Positions 52,681 to 63,451 of a DNA stretch of 64,000 nt are shown here, piece after piece. The notes under the pieces were generated by a model that ran no database searches, was not told where the DNA came from, and worked only from the letters and a program-made list of their open reading frames with translations. Where the stretch lies: NCBI GenBank assembly GCA_963823665.1, contig CAWGMQ010000006.1, positions 320,001 through 384,000 of the forward strand, given 5' to 3'. Within the stretch, counting starts at the first letter, position 1, and every line of letters begins with the position of its first letter. The translations under genes were made by a program, and so were the position numbers. This DNA comes from an uncultured Planctomycetota bacterium (GTDB taxonomy: Bacteria; Planctomycetota; Planctomycetia; Isosphaerales; Isosphaeraceae).

Positions 52681-53132
52681 TGGGGCGCAGGCCTGGTTCT
52701 GCGCGCTCGGGCTCCTGGCCTCGGCGGCGCTGGCCGCCGCATCGACCTGGCGGATCCGGAGGGTAGTCATCCGGCAGGCTGGTCAGGGGGAGGCGACGCG
52801 GCGGGCGGATCGCCCGACCGCGGCCCGCCGAGGCCCGCCCGCCCGAGTCACCCGCTTGCTGCCATCGCCGTCGCTCGACGGCAATCCGGTGCTCGACCTC
52901 GACCTCCGACCCCGCCCGGCCGCGCCGCTGGCTGACCCGCTGGCGTCGGACCATTGAAGCCCGGGCTCGCCGACGGCCCGGCGCCACGAATCGACTTCAG
53001 TGCCGCAGGTCCGACGCCTCTAAACGCACGTTTCCAAGTGCGTCGGTGGGCTTCTGATTTCATGGGATAAGTACGGGGACATCCTGAACAGAAGAGACTA
53101 CTGTGTCCGATGGGTCCTATCCGTCTCAGGAA

Positions 53133-54961
53133 CTATCTTGCCCAAGCGTACGCTTCAACGCGCGGGTCGGCACCGGCACTGAGGACGCCTGACTTTGGAT
53201 CAATGGCGATGGCCGCGTTCGAACCTAACGACCATGCGCCTGCTGATTGCAATTTGTGACCCTTGGCCTGGAGCGCTTTCTGGACTGCATTCGGAATACG
53301 GGACTCGACGGACAAGTCTCCGGGGTGGCTCATGTTGTGCGGAAACACCGAAGACGCGAAACCGCGCGTCGACCACCGCGGAGCTTCGATCGCCTGCTGA
53401 ACGTTCATGCCGAAGTCGATCATGTTCATGAGCGTCTGGACGGTCCGCTGAATCTGATCGTCACCGCCGGGGCTGCCAGTGATCAACCAGGGTTGGCCGT
53501 CCTTGAGCACCAGCGTGCTCTGCAACGTGCTACGCGGGCGTTTGCCTGGTTCGAGTGAACGCGGCTCACCCGGCGTGAGCGAATAGTAGTCGCCGCGGCA
53601 GTTGAAGATGAAGCCCAGATCGGCCATCACGACGCCTGTGCCGAACCCGCTGTGGAGGCTGGGTTCAAAACTCACCATGTTGTGGTCCTTGTCGATCACA
53701 GCGATATAGCTGGTGTCTCCTTCCGAATAATCGGCCTCACCCACGTGCGAGTGTCCAATGCGGGCAGGTGCTGCCGCCACTTTCATGAACTGCTCGGGGT
53801 TGCCGGGCCGGATTTCGAGCGAAGCGCGATTGGGATCGAGGAGCTTACGGCGTTCGGTCGCGTAGGTCTTGGACAGCAGGCCCTCGTAAGGGATTCGCAC
53901 GAAGTCGGTGTCGCCCAGCTTCTCGCGATCGGCAAAAGCGAGCTTCAGTGCTTCGGCACTCGTGTGGATGTATTCCGAGCTGTTGTGCCCCAGCTTCTTA
54001 ACGTCATAGCCCTCCAGAATGTTCAACAGGAACAGCTCAGCGGGACCCTGGGACGAGGATGGATTCTTGTGGACTTCGTAGCCGCGATAGTTCGTCGACA
54101 CCGGTGTTTCAACCTTGGCGGTATACGCCGCGAAATCCTCATACCGATAAAGGCCACCGTTCTGTTCGGAGAACTCCCCCATGGTTCTGGCGATGTCGCC
54201 TTTATAGAAGCGATCGCGCGCGCGCGCAGCGCCGCGCGCCGACCTAGTCCCGCCGCAGCTTGCTCGGCTTCGACCAGCTTCCGAAGCATCCTAGCGGAAT
54301 CGACGTTGCGAAAGATGTCGCCGGGGTGCGGGGCCTTGCCATTCGGAAAATACAGCTTCTTGGAGGTTGGATATTTCTGGATCTTTTTCGAGTTGGAGAT
54401 CGCACGCGCCAAACCATCGCCAATCGGGAAGCCGTTTTCGGCCACGTCGATTGCTTGCTCCAGCACCTGGGCAAAGGTCATGGTGCCCCAGCGATCGAGC
54501 AGTACATACCACGCATCGATAACGCCGGGCAGCGACGCGGAAAGCAGTCCGTCACTGTTGGGAATCTTGCCGCCGTTGTTCTTGTTGTACCAATCGATCG
54601 TGGCCAGCTTTGGTGCGGTTCCCTCGGCATTGATCGAGTACACCCGTTTCTCGCCTGCGTGGTAGACCAGAATGACCGCGTCGGCGCCGAAGCCATTGGA
54701 CTCAGGATTGACCAGCGCCAGCACGGCTTGCCCGGCCACAATGGCGTCGAACGCGTTGCCACCGGATTCCAGAATTCGCGCGGCGGCTCGAGTTGCCTCC
54801 TGTTTCATCGACGAAGCGGCATACTGCGTGCCCCGCACGACCGGCCGATACGTTCGGCTAGAAGTCGTCGAGCCGTCGGATTTTTCCTGAGCGTTCAATT
54901 GGGATGCGACCAACAGGTTCAGCAGTAATGCACCTAGAAGACAAATCGGCAATCGTCGCAT
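53133..54961 (-). CDS. ggt: Gamma-glutamyltransferase family protein with signal peptide; 1 frameshift at ~54220
   Basis: GGNAFDA, INAEGTAP, GDTSYIAVID (Thr nucleophile), PGKRPRSTL, GSPGG, GADPR. The shift lies in a (CG)n run. Confidence 0.9.
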
Positions 54962-55236
54962 GGCATGACTCCAGGCCGGCGGGGGTGTTATGGTCGACGG
55001 AGTGAAAGGCGCTCTCCGGGCCGTTTTGATTCGCGCGAGTATGAGCACGTCGCGACGGTCGGTCAAGAAACGCCAGGTACTTTCGCAATCGCTTGCGGTT
55101 CATCCGTCCATCCTATCGGGTGCCGGAGTGCGCGTCGGTGTCGTGGGACCGAAGTGCGCAGGCATGTGCCGCACAACGATTGTAATTTGCTGATCTTTCG
55201 GGCGCCGTGGGCTATCCGGCACCATGCCGCCACCTG

Positions 55237-55330
55237 ATGCATCTTCGGGAGCGCCCCACCCGAACTGGCCGTGCTCATCTTCGGTGTAACCGTCGAGCGA
55301 CGTGAGCATCGAGTAGATCAACTTGGCCAT
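55237..55330 (-). pseudogene. 5' fragment of a dihydrofolate reductase/RibD-C family gene
   Basis: MAKLIYSMLTSLDGYTEDEHGQFGW, then homology ends. Confidence 0.75.
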
Positions 55331-55417
55331 GCGTCTCTCCTCGGCTTGGTCGTTGAGCCGAAAACGTCGAGATAGCATGTGCGGAGTGCGTCCAGAATGT
55401 CGCGTGAAGTCCCTGTG

Positions 55418-55598
55418 CTACTGGTTTCGGCTCTGGAAGCGCTCGTCCAGATTCGCGACCTGGCTCGCAAGCCCCTGAGAGGCCAGCCTCGTGAATTCCT
55501 CGTCATGCATGGGGCTGAGCGTGACCACCATGCGCACCCATTCGCCGGACGGGAAGAATTCGACCATGATTGTGCTTTCATAAGGGCGTGTCACTCAT
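55418..55598 (-). pseudogene. Internally deleted SRPBCC/AHSA1 gene
   Basis: Start MSDT is joined out of frame to the C-terminal YESTIMVEFFP..VRMVVTLSPMHDEEF..QVANLDERF; lies directly after ArsR. Confidence 0.7.
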
Positions 55599-55947
55599 GT
55601 GTCTTGCTCCTGGTGAGAGGTTTTTTCGATTTCTTGCGTTTCTTTTCGAGCGCCTCTTCGAGTCGGTCAAGACGTGCTTCCCAGAGGTCGCGGTATTGGG
55701 CCAGCCACCTGTCGAGCTCGCGAAACGGCTCAGGCTTGAGAGAGTAGAGCCGCCGCTGTCCCTCCGGCCGCACGGAGACAAAGCCCGTGGCGTGGAGGAT
55801 GCTCAGGTGACGCGACACACCCGACTGGTGAATCCCTGCCCTGGCGACGAGGTCATTGACCTGCTGCTCACCATGCCGCAGGGCTTCCACGATGCGTCGG
55901 CGCGTCGGGTCGGAGAGGGTCTGGAAGGTGTCTAGGTGCATCGTCAT
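55591..55947 (-). CDS. ArsR/SmtB-family regulator (SRPBCC-associated)
   Basis: FQTLSDPTRRRIVEAL, QSGVSRHL, GQRRLYSL, WEARLDRL. Confidence 0.9.
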   Translation of the reverse strand: MTMHLDTFQTLSDPTRRRIVEALRHGEQQVNDLVARAGIHQSGVSRHLSILHATGFVSVRPEGQRRLYSLKPEPFRELDRWLAQYRDLWEARLDRLEEALEKKRKKSKKPLTRSKTHE

Positions 55948-55983
55948 GTATATACAGTACGGTGCATATACAGGGCGCGTCAA
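55947..55983 (-). promoter_or_regulatory. ArsR operator palindrome within a leaderless promoter
   Basis: TGTATATACA-GTACGG-TGCATATACA (10-6-10, 1 mismatch); TTGACG -35 on the minus strand. Confidence 0.7.
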
Positions 55984-56192
55984 GCCTCTTGCCGACGCGT
56001 TTCCGCGACTTTTCATTTTGCGGGCATTTCGCCGGTCATTCGCCGCCGCACAACGGCCTCCCATCTCTGGATTCCGGCCAGTAAAAGTTCAGTAGCCGTC
56101 CAGTCGCCGCGACCTGTGAGAATAGCACCGACGGATTAGTTTGCGGTGGCTGGTTCTTGTTCAACGTCCGTCGGTAGCGCGCGTTGGTCGGA

Positions 56193-56258
56193 TCGACCGA
56201 AGCGCGCAACACCGATAAAGTTGTTCAAACTCCTCTCGCAAGGTTGAGCGTCTGAGAA
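56193..56258 (+). repeat. 66-bp dispersed direct repeat, copy 1
   Basis: 64/66 identical to 63116-63181. Confidence 0.9.
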
Positions 56259-56461
56259 AGTCCCAACGCGACGCGCGGTTGCTGCGAGTTGCCCCGTCTC
56301 GGCGCTCGTAGACCTGACCACTGGTCGCTGCATGCGTACAATCGCCGCCAGCGGCGGGTGGCGGTATACGTTGGACTGCTTCCGGTGCGCCGCGATCTCG
56401 GAAGCGATCAGGTTTGGGGGTGGGCCGCAAAACTCGAACTTCAGTATGGGAAGAAGCAATC

Positions 56462-56984
56462 ATGAACCGCAGGAAGTTCTCAAATGTTGCCGTTGTTCGT
56501 TTGGCACTGTGTTGCCTCGAATCGGGCTGTTCTTCCGACAAGGGCAGAGCAACGTCGAACAAACCAAGCCGCTGGAACATGACCCAGATTGAGTCAAAGA
56601 TCAAAAGCTCGGCCAAGTTGAAAGAACTTCAACTGACCAAGAAAGAGAATGGAGAATATGAGGGCACGGGGACGGGCGGGCCAGCTTATCGACGAGTTGC
56701 GATTCGATGAAGGGGTCGGGAACATACTGGCATCGTTGTGCCCGGCGCTCCAGCGAAATGAAGACGGCTCGAAATTGTCGACGAAGATGCGCCTCCGTTC
56801 ACGCGAGGAATTGTTCAGGGAGCTTGACCTTTATTACCGCCTCCATTGGTGGACGCGGAACTCGCGACTGACCGGGAAAGACACCGGCGCCGTGCGTCTC
56901 GACATTATCGTGGAGCGTCGCAAGGCGCTTGAATGGGTCATGGACCCAGCCTGCGATTGGGACCGCGTGGATATGAGCACATAA
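56462..56984 (+). pseudogene. Chimeric remnants: 5' part of a lipoprotein-like gene joined to the 3' part of a DUF4272-like gene
   Basis: MNRRKFS..LESGCSS lipobox-like start; LRSREELFRELDLYYRLHW..ERRKALEW..WDRVDMST C-terminus in another frame. Confidence 0.6.
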
Positions 56985-57166
56985 GTGCTGGGTGTCTTGA
57001 AATCCTGCGCGGGGCCAACTTGCTGCGCTCTGCCGGTCGCGATATCATGGGCTTATCCGTCGTGACGTGGTCATCGAGGCACTCGAATCGCGGCGACCGG
57101 CCTGTGCCGCCCCTGGCGGCTGGTCCACTTTCCTCGTCGATCCGTCCATCCAGCGAGGTCGCCCCA

Positions 57167-57979
57167 ATGATCGCGACGCGTGCTGTCCGGCTCGGTGTTT
57201 GCTCGATGCTGGCAGTCATCTGGACATCGCCGGCTTTCGCCTGGGGGCCGCAAGCGCACCGGGTGATCGCGCGGATCGCCGAGGGGCGTCTCAGCCCGGC
57301 GGCGAAAGCCGCGATCGAGGAGCTGCTCATCCCGCCGGACACCTTGCCCGATGTCGCAGGCTGGGCCGACAAGGAGGGGCACGAAGCCGTGCCCGGGAGC
57401 GCCAGATGGCACTTCATCAACGTGCCGATCGGCGATGCCAAATTCGATCCCCGCCTGATCCGCGACGACAACAACGTGGTCGTCAAGATCAAGCAATACC
57501 GGAAAGTTCTGTCTGACCGATCGAGACCCAAGAAGGAACGGCAGCGGGCGCTCCTGTTCTTCGTCCATTTCGTCTCCGACATCCACCAGCCGCTGCACGT
57601 CGGCGACCACGACGACCACGGCGGCAACGACACCCAGATCCGGTTCTTCGACGAGGGCACCAACCTCCACAGGCTCTGGGATTCCGACCTGATCCACCGG
57701 ATCGGCGGCGACGACCGGGTCTGGGCCTCCCGGGTCGAGCGGGACATCACGCCCGAGGCGATCAAGGAGTGGTCCAAGGGATCGGTCGACGACTGGGCCG
57801 ACGAGAGCCTGCAAGTCGCCAAGCTCGCCTACCGCCCGCTCGACGATGCCCCCAAGATCATCCCCCGGGGCTACAAGCTGGGCGAGTCTTACCTCGTGCG
57901 AGCGGAGCCGATCCTCAAGAAGCAGATGGCGAGCGCTTCCGTCCGCCTGGCGAATGAACTGAATGCCATCTTTAAATGA
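57167..57979 (+). CDS. Secreted S1/P1 nuclease
   Basis: Signal peptide AFA/WGPQAH, WADK, WHFIN, HFVSDIHQPLH, GGND, NLHRLWD. Confidence 0.93.
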   Translation: MIATRAVRLGVCSMLAVIWTSPAFAWGPQAHRVIARIAEGRLSPAAKAAIEELLIPPDTLPDVAGWADKEGHEAVPGSARWHFINVPIGDAKFDPRLIRDDNNVVVKIKQYRKVLSDRSRPKKERQRALLFFVHFVSDIHQPLHVGDHDDHGGNDTQIRFFDEGTNLHRLWDSDLIHRIGGDDRVWASRVERDITPEAIKEWSKGSVDDWADESLQVAKLAYRPLDDAPKIIPRGYKLGESYLVRAEPILKKQMASASVRLANELNAIFK

Positions 57980-58020
57980 TCCTGGCTCTCAAGTCATACC
58001 ATGGCAGATGTTCTGGGCCA

Positions 58021-59547
58021 CTAAAAGCGGCCCTTCGTTCGTGACGCTCTCTCGAGTTGCGCGACGACCTGCGCCTCGATCTCCGCAAGCCTTGCAGTCG
58101 AAATCTCTACTTGTGGAGCCGGCTCTAGAAATCGAAGCGTCATAGAGGCTTGCTGTTGCACGCCGGCGTCGACATCGTTGAGTAAAGGGGTCAAGAACGG
58201 TGCGAGGTGTGGACCCCGGTTGGAGCATTCACGCAAAGCCGCCGTCGATGCCGCACGCACTCCTGCATCCGAATGCGTCAATCGCTTGACCAATTCCTCG
58301 GTCCCATTCACTGCGAATCTTGCGAATGCGAACGCGCCCTGAAAACGGACGCTGGATCTTTGAAACGCTTCAGCTTGCGCTCGGTCCACGATCCCTTCGA
58401 CTTGAGGCAGGATAACCGGGGCTTCATCAAGGAGGCGCAATCCGATCCTGGCGACTCGCGCATCCTTTAGCGCCTCCAATATTTGGATGGCATGCTGTAT
58501 CTCGAACTGGTTACGAGGTGTCTCCAAGAGACGAACCATCGCGTCAGCTATTCGAGAATCTTTTATGTATGTAACCAGATAGAAGAGCGCGCTGAGTGTG
58601 ATACCTGTGATCGCTGCGTCGTCAAGTGCCTCAATCAAAGGATTAATCGCGCTCGCGTCTCCATAGCTACCGAGCATTGCAGCGGCGGCTGAACGCACGT
58701 CGGATTCCGAACCCGAGCGTAGGATGCGGCTGAGTGGCTCGATCAATTCCGGATGTTCATTATTGGGATCGTGGGGCCGAAACTCGCGTAACAGATGCTT
58801 CGCTGCGTTCGCCCGAGTGGTGCGGGTTGATGACTCGAGTTGAGCGACAAGGTCAGGGACGGTCGGTCGTCGAGGCTTGGCCCGGCTGGGTCCGATCGAG
58901 CGGGCTGGTTGTCGAGGTTGGTCTGGCGCGTACACTCCCTGGTAAGGTCCAAAGAACTTCTTGTGCTCTCCGTTATTCAAGAAAAGCGCATGTTCGGCCC
59001 GCATCAACAATTCAAAGGACGGGAATCGTTCTGCTCCAGGAATCCAATGTGCGAATCGCCACGCCTCCCACTCACCGTCGGAGGCGACAACGAGAGGGTT
59101 CAGCACGTAAATCATCGAGTCGCCAGGAATCGGGTCGGCTATCACCAGTGATCGCCGAAAATGCTCGCGGTCAAAAATCGGGCGTCCGTCATACGAAAAG
59201 TATTCCTCGCTGGGATAATTCTGCATCAAATCCTCGCCGTCTTCCGGCGACCAGACATCGAGCAGTTCCGGGGCGTCGGATTCCAGCCAGTCGACCTGAG
59301 AAACGGGGCGGATTCTATCAACGAACATCGAGGTGCGCAACCAACCGTTCGTCGTAAGAAGGAAACTCCGATACGATGGCGGTAACTCTTGACCGATCCG
59401 CTTCTCCAATCGAAGCACTTGTTTTTCGGTTGCGGGCGGAAATCCGAGCCATTGGCGTTTTCGAACCTGGGCGGGGAAGCTCTTCTCGGCGGCCAGCCAT
59501 TCGTAACTCCACTGCTGCAAGAACTCTCGCCATTGAGAAGTCGTCAT
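58021..59547 (-). CDS. SMI1/KNR4 (SUKH) immunity-like domain fused to HEAT repeats
   Basis: WLGFPPATE..LEKRIG.LPPSYRSFLLTTNGW, DGEWEAW..AHWIPGA.RFPSF; HEAT-like VRSAAAAMLG and VRAASTAAL. Confidence 0.87.
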   Translation of the reverse strand: MTTSQWREFLQQWSYEWLAAEKSFPAQVRKRQWLGFPPATEKQVLRLEKRIGQELPPSYRSFLLTTNGWLRTSMFVDRIRPVSQVDWLESDAPELLDVWSPEDGEDLMQNYPSEEYFSYDGRPIFDREHFRRSLVIADPIPGDSMIYVLNPLVVASDGEWEAWRFAHWIPGAERFPSFELLMRAEHALFLNNGEHKKFFGPYQGVYAPDQPRQPARSIGPSRAKPRRPTVPDLVAQLESSTRTTRANAAKHLLREFRPHDPNNEHPELIEPLSRILRSGSESDVRSAAAAMLGSYGDASAINPLIEALDDAAITGITLSALFYLVTYIKDSRIADAMVRLLETPRNQFEIQHAIQILEALKDARVARIGLRLLDEAPVILPQVEGIVDRAQAEAFQRSSVRFQGAFAFARFAVNGTEELVKRLTHSDAGVRAASTAALRECSNRGPHLAPFLTPLLNDVDAGVQQQASMTLRFLEPAPQVEISTARLAEIEAQVVAQLERASRTKGRF

Positions 59548-59743
59548 AGTCGACCGGAAATTGTTGATTGGTTGCGGTTCCGTTTTCGGCACGGTGGCAC
59601 TAGTCTGTTCAGGATAGTACTTTGGCCAAGGGAATTCTAGTAAATCAGGAGTGTGGCCCACGATTCTCGATCGCTGGTGGTACTGAGCGGCCACGCAACC
59701 AAGGTACCTGGTGCGCCATCGTGGATCGTGAGTCTCGGGTCAG

Positions 59744-61972
59744 TCATTCCCGCTCCGCCCCGCGACGACTACCGGCGCCCGCCTTCACCAAGTACTCCTT
59801 CGGCGGCTCGGCGCCCAGCAACCCGCGGACGAAATAGTCCCAGCGGCGCCGTACCACATAGTTCGATGCGCTGCCGTACGCGTGGCCGGCGTTGGGAAGG
59901 ATGATCAGATCGAAGTCCTTGTTCGCCTTGATCAGAGCATCGACGACGAGATAGGTGTTGTCCGGCGGGACGTTCGTGTCCATGGTGCCCGTCATGAGCA
60001 GAAGCTTGCCGCGAAGATTTTTCGCCTGATTCTGGTTGGCTTCTGCGGCATAGTTGTCCGTGCCGTCACCGCTGCGGATGAGAGGTCCCTGATAACGCTC
60101 ACTGAAGTCTTCTTCGTAGAGTCGCTGATCGTGGTTCCCCGACTCCGAAATGCCGACCTTGAAGAAGTCTCCGAAGCGGAACATCGCGTCTGCCGCAGCA
60201 AATCCACCGCCCGAGTGACCGTAGATTCCGACACGATCAATATCGATCCACGGATAGCGCCGAGCCAGATCCTTCATGCCGGCAACCTGGCTGGGCAGCG
60301 TGTTGTCGCGGCCCATCGCGCCGTAGTAGGCATCATGAAATGATTTGGAACGCTGTTCAGTCCCCATGCCGTCGATGGCAACAACCACAAAACCCAGTTC
60401 GGCGAGCGCCTGCCGGTCCCCGCGAGCTGCGGTGAACCTCCGGCTCCCGACGCTCGCTCCGAAGGGCCCCGGATAGATATTGTTGATGATCGGGTATTTC
60501 CGGGATGCGTCGAAGTTCGTCGGGCGGAACATCATTCCATAGACATCGGTTTTCCCGTCTTGCGCCTTCATGGTGATCGGGATCGGCGGTTTCCATCCCG
60601 TGGCGAGCAGGCGGGAAATGTCCGCCTTTTCGAGCGGCATCACCAACTTGCCGTCGCGATCGCGCAGGGCCACGACAGGCGGCACATCGGGCTTCGAATA
60701 GGTGTCTACAAGGAACTGGCCTGAAGGTGAGAGCTGGATGGTGTGGTCACCGTCATCGGGAGTCAGCGACACCTGGTCTCCCCCGTCGAGACCGATACGG
60801 TAGTAGTGCGCAAAGTACGGGTCCTGACCGCGCTCGCGTCCCTTGGCCTGGTACCACAGTGTCCGCGTCGGCTGGTCAATCCGGACGGTCTGTGTGACCG
60901 GACCTTCGCCCGAAGTAATCTTGCGCTCCAGCGCCCCGGTGTTGAGATCGTACAGATACAACTGGCCCCAATCGTCGCGCTGGGAATACCAGATCAGTTC
61001 ATTCGTGGCCCAGAGCACGTGCCAGCCCGTTCGCGACTCAAAGTGGGTGATGGTGGTCTCCGACATCACCGTCCGGACTGCTCCGGTTGTGGCGTCGGCC
61101 AGCTTGAGCGTCGCCGTCCGGTGGTCTCTCGTTACGGAAGCGAGAGCCAGACGGGAACCATCCGGGCTCCAATTGTAGTCGTTCATCGAGATGTTGTCGG
61201 AATACGTCGCGCGGTGAAAGTCGGGTGGCATCTGCAACCGGATCACGCGCCCGGCGTCGACATCGATGATCACGCGATGGATCATCGGAAGGATTGAGTC
61301 GCCCGAGAAGGAGTACTTCCAGGTGTGCAGAATCGGTTGACCGACGCGGGTCTCAAGCAGATACATGTCGGCGACTTGCCTCTCGTCTTGTTGTTGCGTC
61401 GCAATCTTTCGAGAATCCGGAGACCACTTCAGCATGGCGCGGTCACTCTTCACCCACCCAGCGTTGTCCGTCGCGTAGCCGAAGTTCTTGACGCCGTCGG
61501 TGGTAAGCTGGCGCTCCTGCTTCGTGGCCACGTCCCGCACCCAGAGATTCCACTCTTTGATGAACGCGGCACGCTTCCTGTCGGGTGAGAGCACTCCTGC
61601 TGCGCCGCCGGTTCGCGGTCCACCGCCGCCACCGCGCATGGCGATGCCACCAGCACCCTCGGTGCTGCTCGACCCGGCGGCGGTATCTGCTGCGGTGGCT
61701 TTGGTGCGGGTGCGACGCACCGGATCGACGACCATCGGCTCGGAGCCGGTCAACGTGGTGCTGGTGTACCAGAAGCGGCCGTCGGAGAGCCATCTCGCCT
61801 GCACGTTCCCACCCACAACAAGGCCGCCGAGATTCCCGCCGAGGAATCGGGCGGCGCGGTCGTAATCCGCTGTGGACAGGACCGGAGGACTCTGTGCTGC
61901 AAGCGGGCGAATCATCTGAAAGCTTGCCAGCACCACGGCCACTCGCACAAGCGCTCCGAACGAACGATGCAT
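59744..61972 (-). CDS. S9 family (DPP-IV-like) peptidase, secreted
   Basis: DPP-IV N-terminal propeller (QLTTDG, WSPDS), YGHSGGG, MDTNVP, AGHAYG; GGAGG RBS. Confidence 0.93.
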   Translation of the reverse strand: MHRSFGALVRVAVVLASFQMIRPLAAQSPPVLSTADYDRAARFLGGNLGGLVVGGNVQARWLSDGRFWYTSTTLTGSEPMVVDPVRRTRTKATAADTAAGSSSTEGAGGIAMRGGGGGPRTGGAAGVLSPDRKRAAFIKEWNLWVRDVATKQERQLTTDGVKNFGYATDNAGWVKSDRAMLKWSPDSRKIATQQQDERQVADMYLLETRVGQPILHTWKYSFSGDSILPMIHRVIIDVDAGRVIRLQMPPDFHRATYSDNISMNDYNWSPDGSRLALASVTRDHRTATLKLADATTGAVRTVMSETTITHFESRTGWHVLWATNELIWYSQRDDWGQLYLYDLNTGALERKITSGEGPVTQTVRIDQPTRTLWYQAKGRERGQDPYFAHYYRIGLDGGDQVSLTPDDGDHTIQLSPSGQFLVDTYSKPDVPPVVALRDRDGKLVMPLEKADISRLLATGWKPPIPITMKAQDGKTDVYGMMFRPTNFDASRKYPIINNIYPGPFGASVGSRRFTAARGDRQALAELGFVVVAIDGMGTEQRSKSFHDAYYGAMGRDNTLPSQVAGMKDLARRYPWIDIDRVGIYGHSGGGFAAADAMFRFGDFFKVGISESGNHDQRLYEEDFSERYQGPLIRSGDGTDNYAAEANQNQAKNLRGKLLLMTGTMDTNVPPDNTYLVVDALIKANKDFDLIILPNAGHAYGSASNYVVRRRWDYFVRGLLGAEPPKEYLVKAGAGSRRGAERE

Positions 61973-62267
61973 GGTACCTCCCGAATGTTTCGGATGATCT
62001 GAATGCAAAACTCTGCCAAACTATGGCTCGACGCGTGCCGGGGCCACAATGAAGGTTGCCGTCGCCTGGAGTGCTGGTGCCATCTAACGACCTGGATCAG
62101 CGGCCCGCCGCCAGGCGGGCCCGCTGGATCGCCTCGTTAGACGGGCCGCCGGCGTGCCGGCCTGGCACGAGGCGAACGGATCCTGGCGGGCCGACGACAC
62201 CAGCATGCCGCGCCCAGGGCGGCTCGGCAAGCGGGCGGGACGGGCGCCATCGACTCCGGATGGCATG

Positions 62268-62804
62268 TTAGTCGGGGCGACGCCGACGACGCTGCGATGG
62301 CGCACGATCGACCACCGACCCGCGGCCGCCGCGCGCGAACGGCACGGGATTGCGAGCGATGGCCTCGTCGATCAGGCTCGCAACCGCCGGACGGGCGAGT
62401 GTGGATGCGCCCTCCACGTGAATCCAGCGCGTCTGGCCACCGGACCCCTGCAACAACTTCTCAGGATCCGGCAACCCCTTACCACGATTGAAGTAGAGCC
62501 GAACGCCGTCCGCGCTCCCGCGGATGGCAAGAACGCCCTCGTACCCGCGCTCGCTCGGCGAATAGCTGATGACGAAGCAGTCGCGATATTCATACACCAC
62601 CTCATGGGCGGTGGGCAGTCGCTTTCGCAGCGACCGTCGCATGGCGCCTACGAGCCGTAGATGCGCGGGCGCGAACTTGGCGATACCCGCACGCACCTGG
62701 GCTTCCGCCGATCGTCGCGCCACCGCAGACTGGGTGCTGCCCGGGACCTCGACTTCAACCTGGACGGAACGGCGTTCGGAGGGTTTTTTCTTCAGGGTCA
62801 TCAT
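62268..62804 (-). CDS. DUF1801/YdhG-like protein
   Basis: AAGGAG RBS; LPTAHEVVYEY..VISYSP, VRLYFNRGKGLPDPEKLLQGSG.QTRWI. Confidence 0.75.
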   Translation of the reverse strand: MMTLKKKPSERRSVQVEVEVPGSTQSAVARRSAEAQVRAGIAKFAPAHLRLVGAMRRSLRKRLPTAHEVVYEYRDCFVISYSPSERGYEGVLAIRGSADGVRLYFNRGKGLPDPEKLLQGSGGQTRWIHVEGASTLARPAVASLIDEAIARNPVPFARGGRGSVVDRAPSQRRRRRPD

Positions 62805-63115
62805 GGCTCCTTGGATGCCGACCCGGCCGGCTGTGCCCGCGGCTGCGATCCCGGGACGACGATTCTTTCTATCTATAGTGGAACGGACCAGGACGAAATC
62901 GACACGCGTAACGAAATTTCTCAAGAACTGGCAATGGAGTCAATTCCACGATTCGTGTCGCCAGAGGAATCCGCCGTTGCCCCTCAAAAGCTCAAATCCC
63001 GTCGCCAGTCGCTTCCGCAACCAGTGGCGGGATTTGAGTTAGCGAAACACTCGGGGCGACTGGATTTGAACCCCGCGTGGCCGTCTACCTGCTGCCCTAC
63101 CCTGCTTCGGTCTGC

Positions 63116-63181
63116 TCGACCGAAGGGCGCAACACCGATAGAGTTGTTCAAACTCCTCTCGCAAGGTTGAGCGTCTGAGAA
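63116..63181 (+). repeat. 66-bp dispersed direct repeat, copy 2
   Basis: 64/66 identical to 56193-56258. Confidence 0.9.
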
Positions 63182-63451
63182 GGGAAGCAAGGCACCCACC
63201 CTTTCGTCGGGAATCAAAGATGGAACCGTGCGGGGAAGGGCGCAGCCGCGCACCCGTTCTCTCCGAGCGATCCGTCCGTGGCTGCCTCAAACTCGGCGAA
63301 ACGCTGGGTGTCTTGAAACCCCCACCGGCATGCGGGAGTGCGCCGTCATGGCGATCGAGGGCGACAACTGGCCGGTCGAGCCGCAGGCCGAGATCCCGGT
63401 CATTAAAAGCCAGGATGACCTGGACGACCTCTACGCCAAGGCGACGGTCCG

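Noticed and set aside
56080..56360. Integron attC sites
   Set aside because: Only degenerate partial palindromes (GTCCCAAC...GTTGGAC) are present, with no integron integrase and no regular cassette array.
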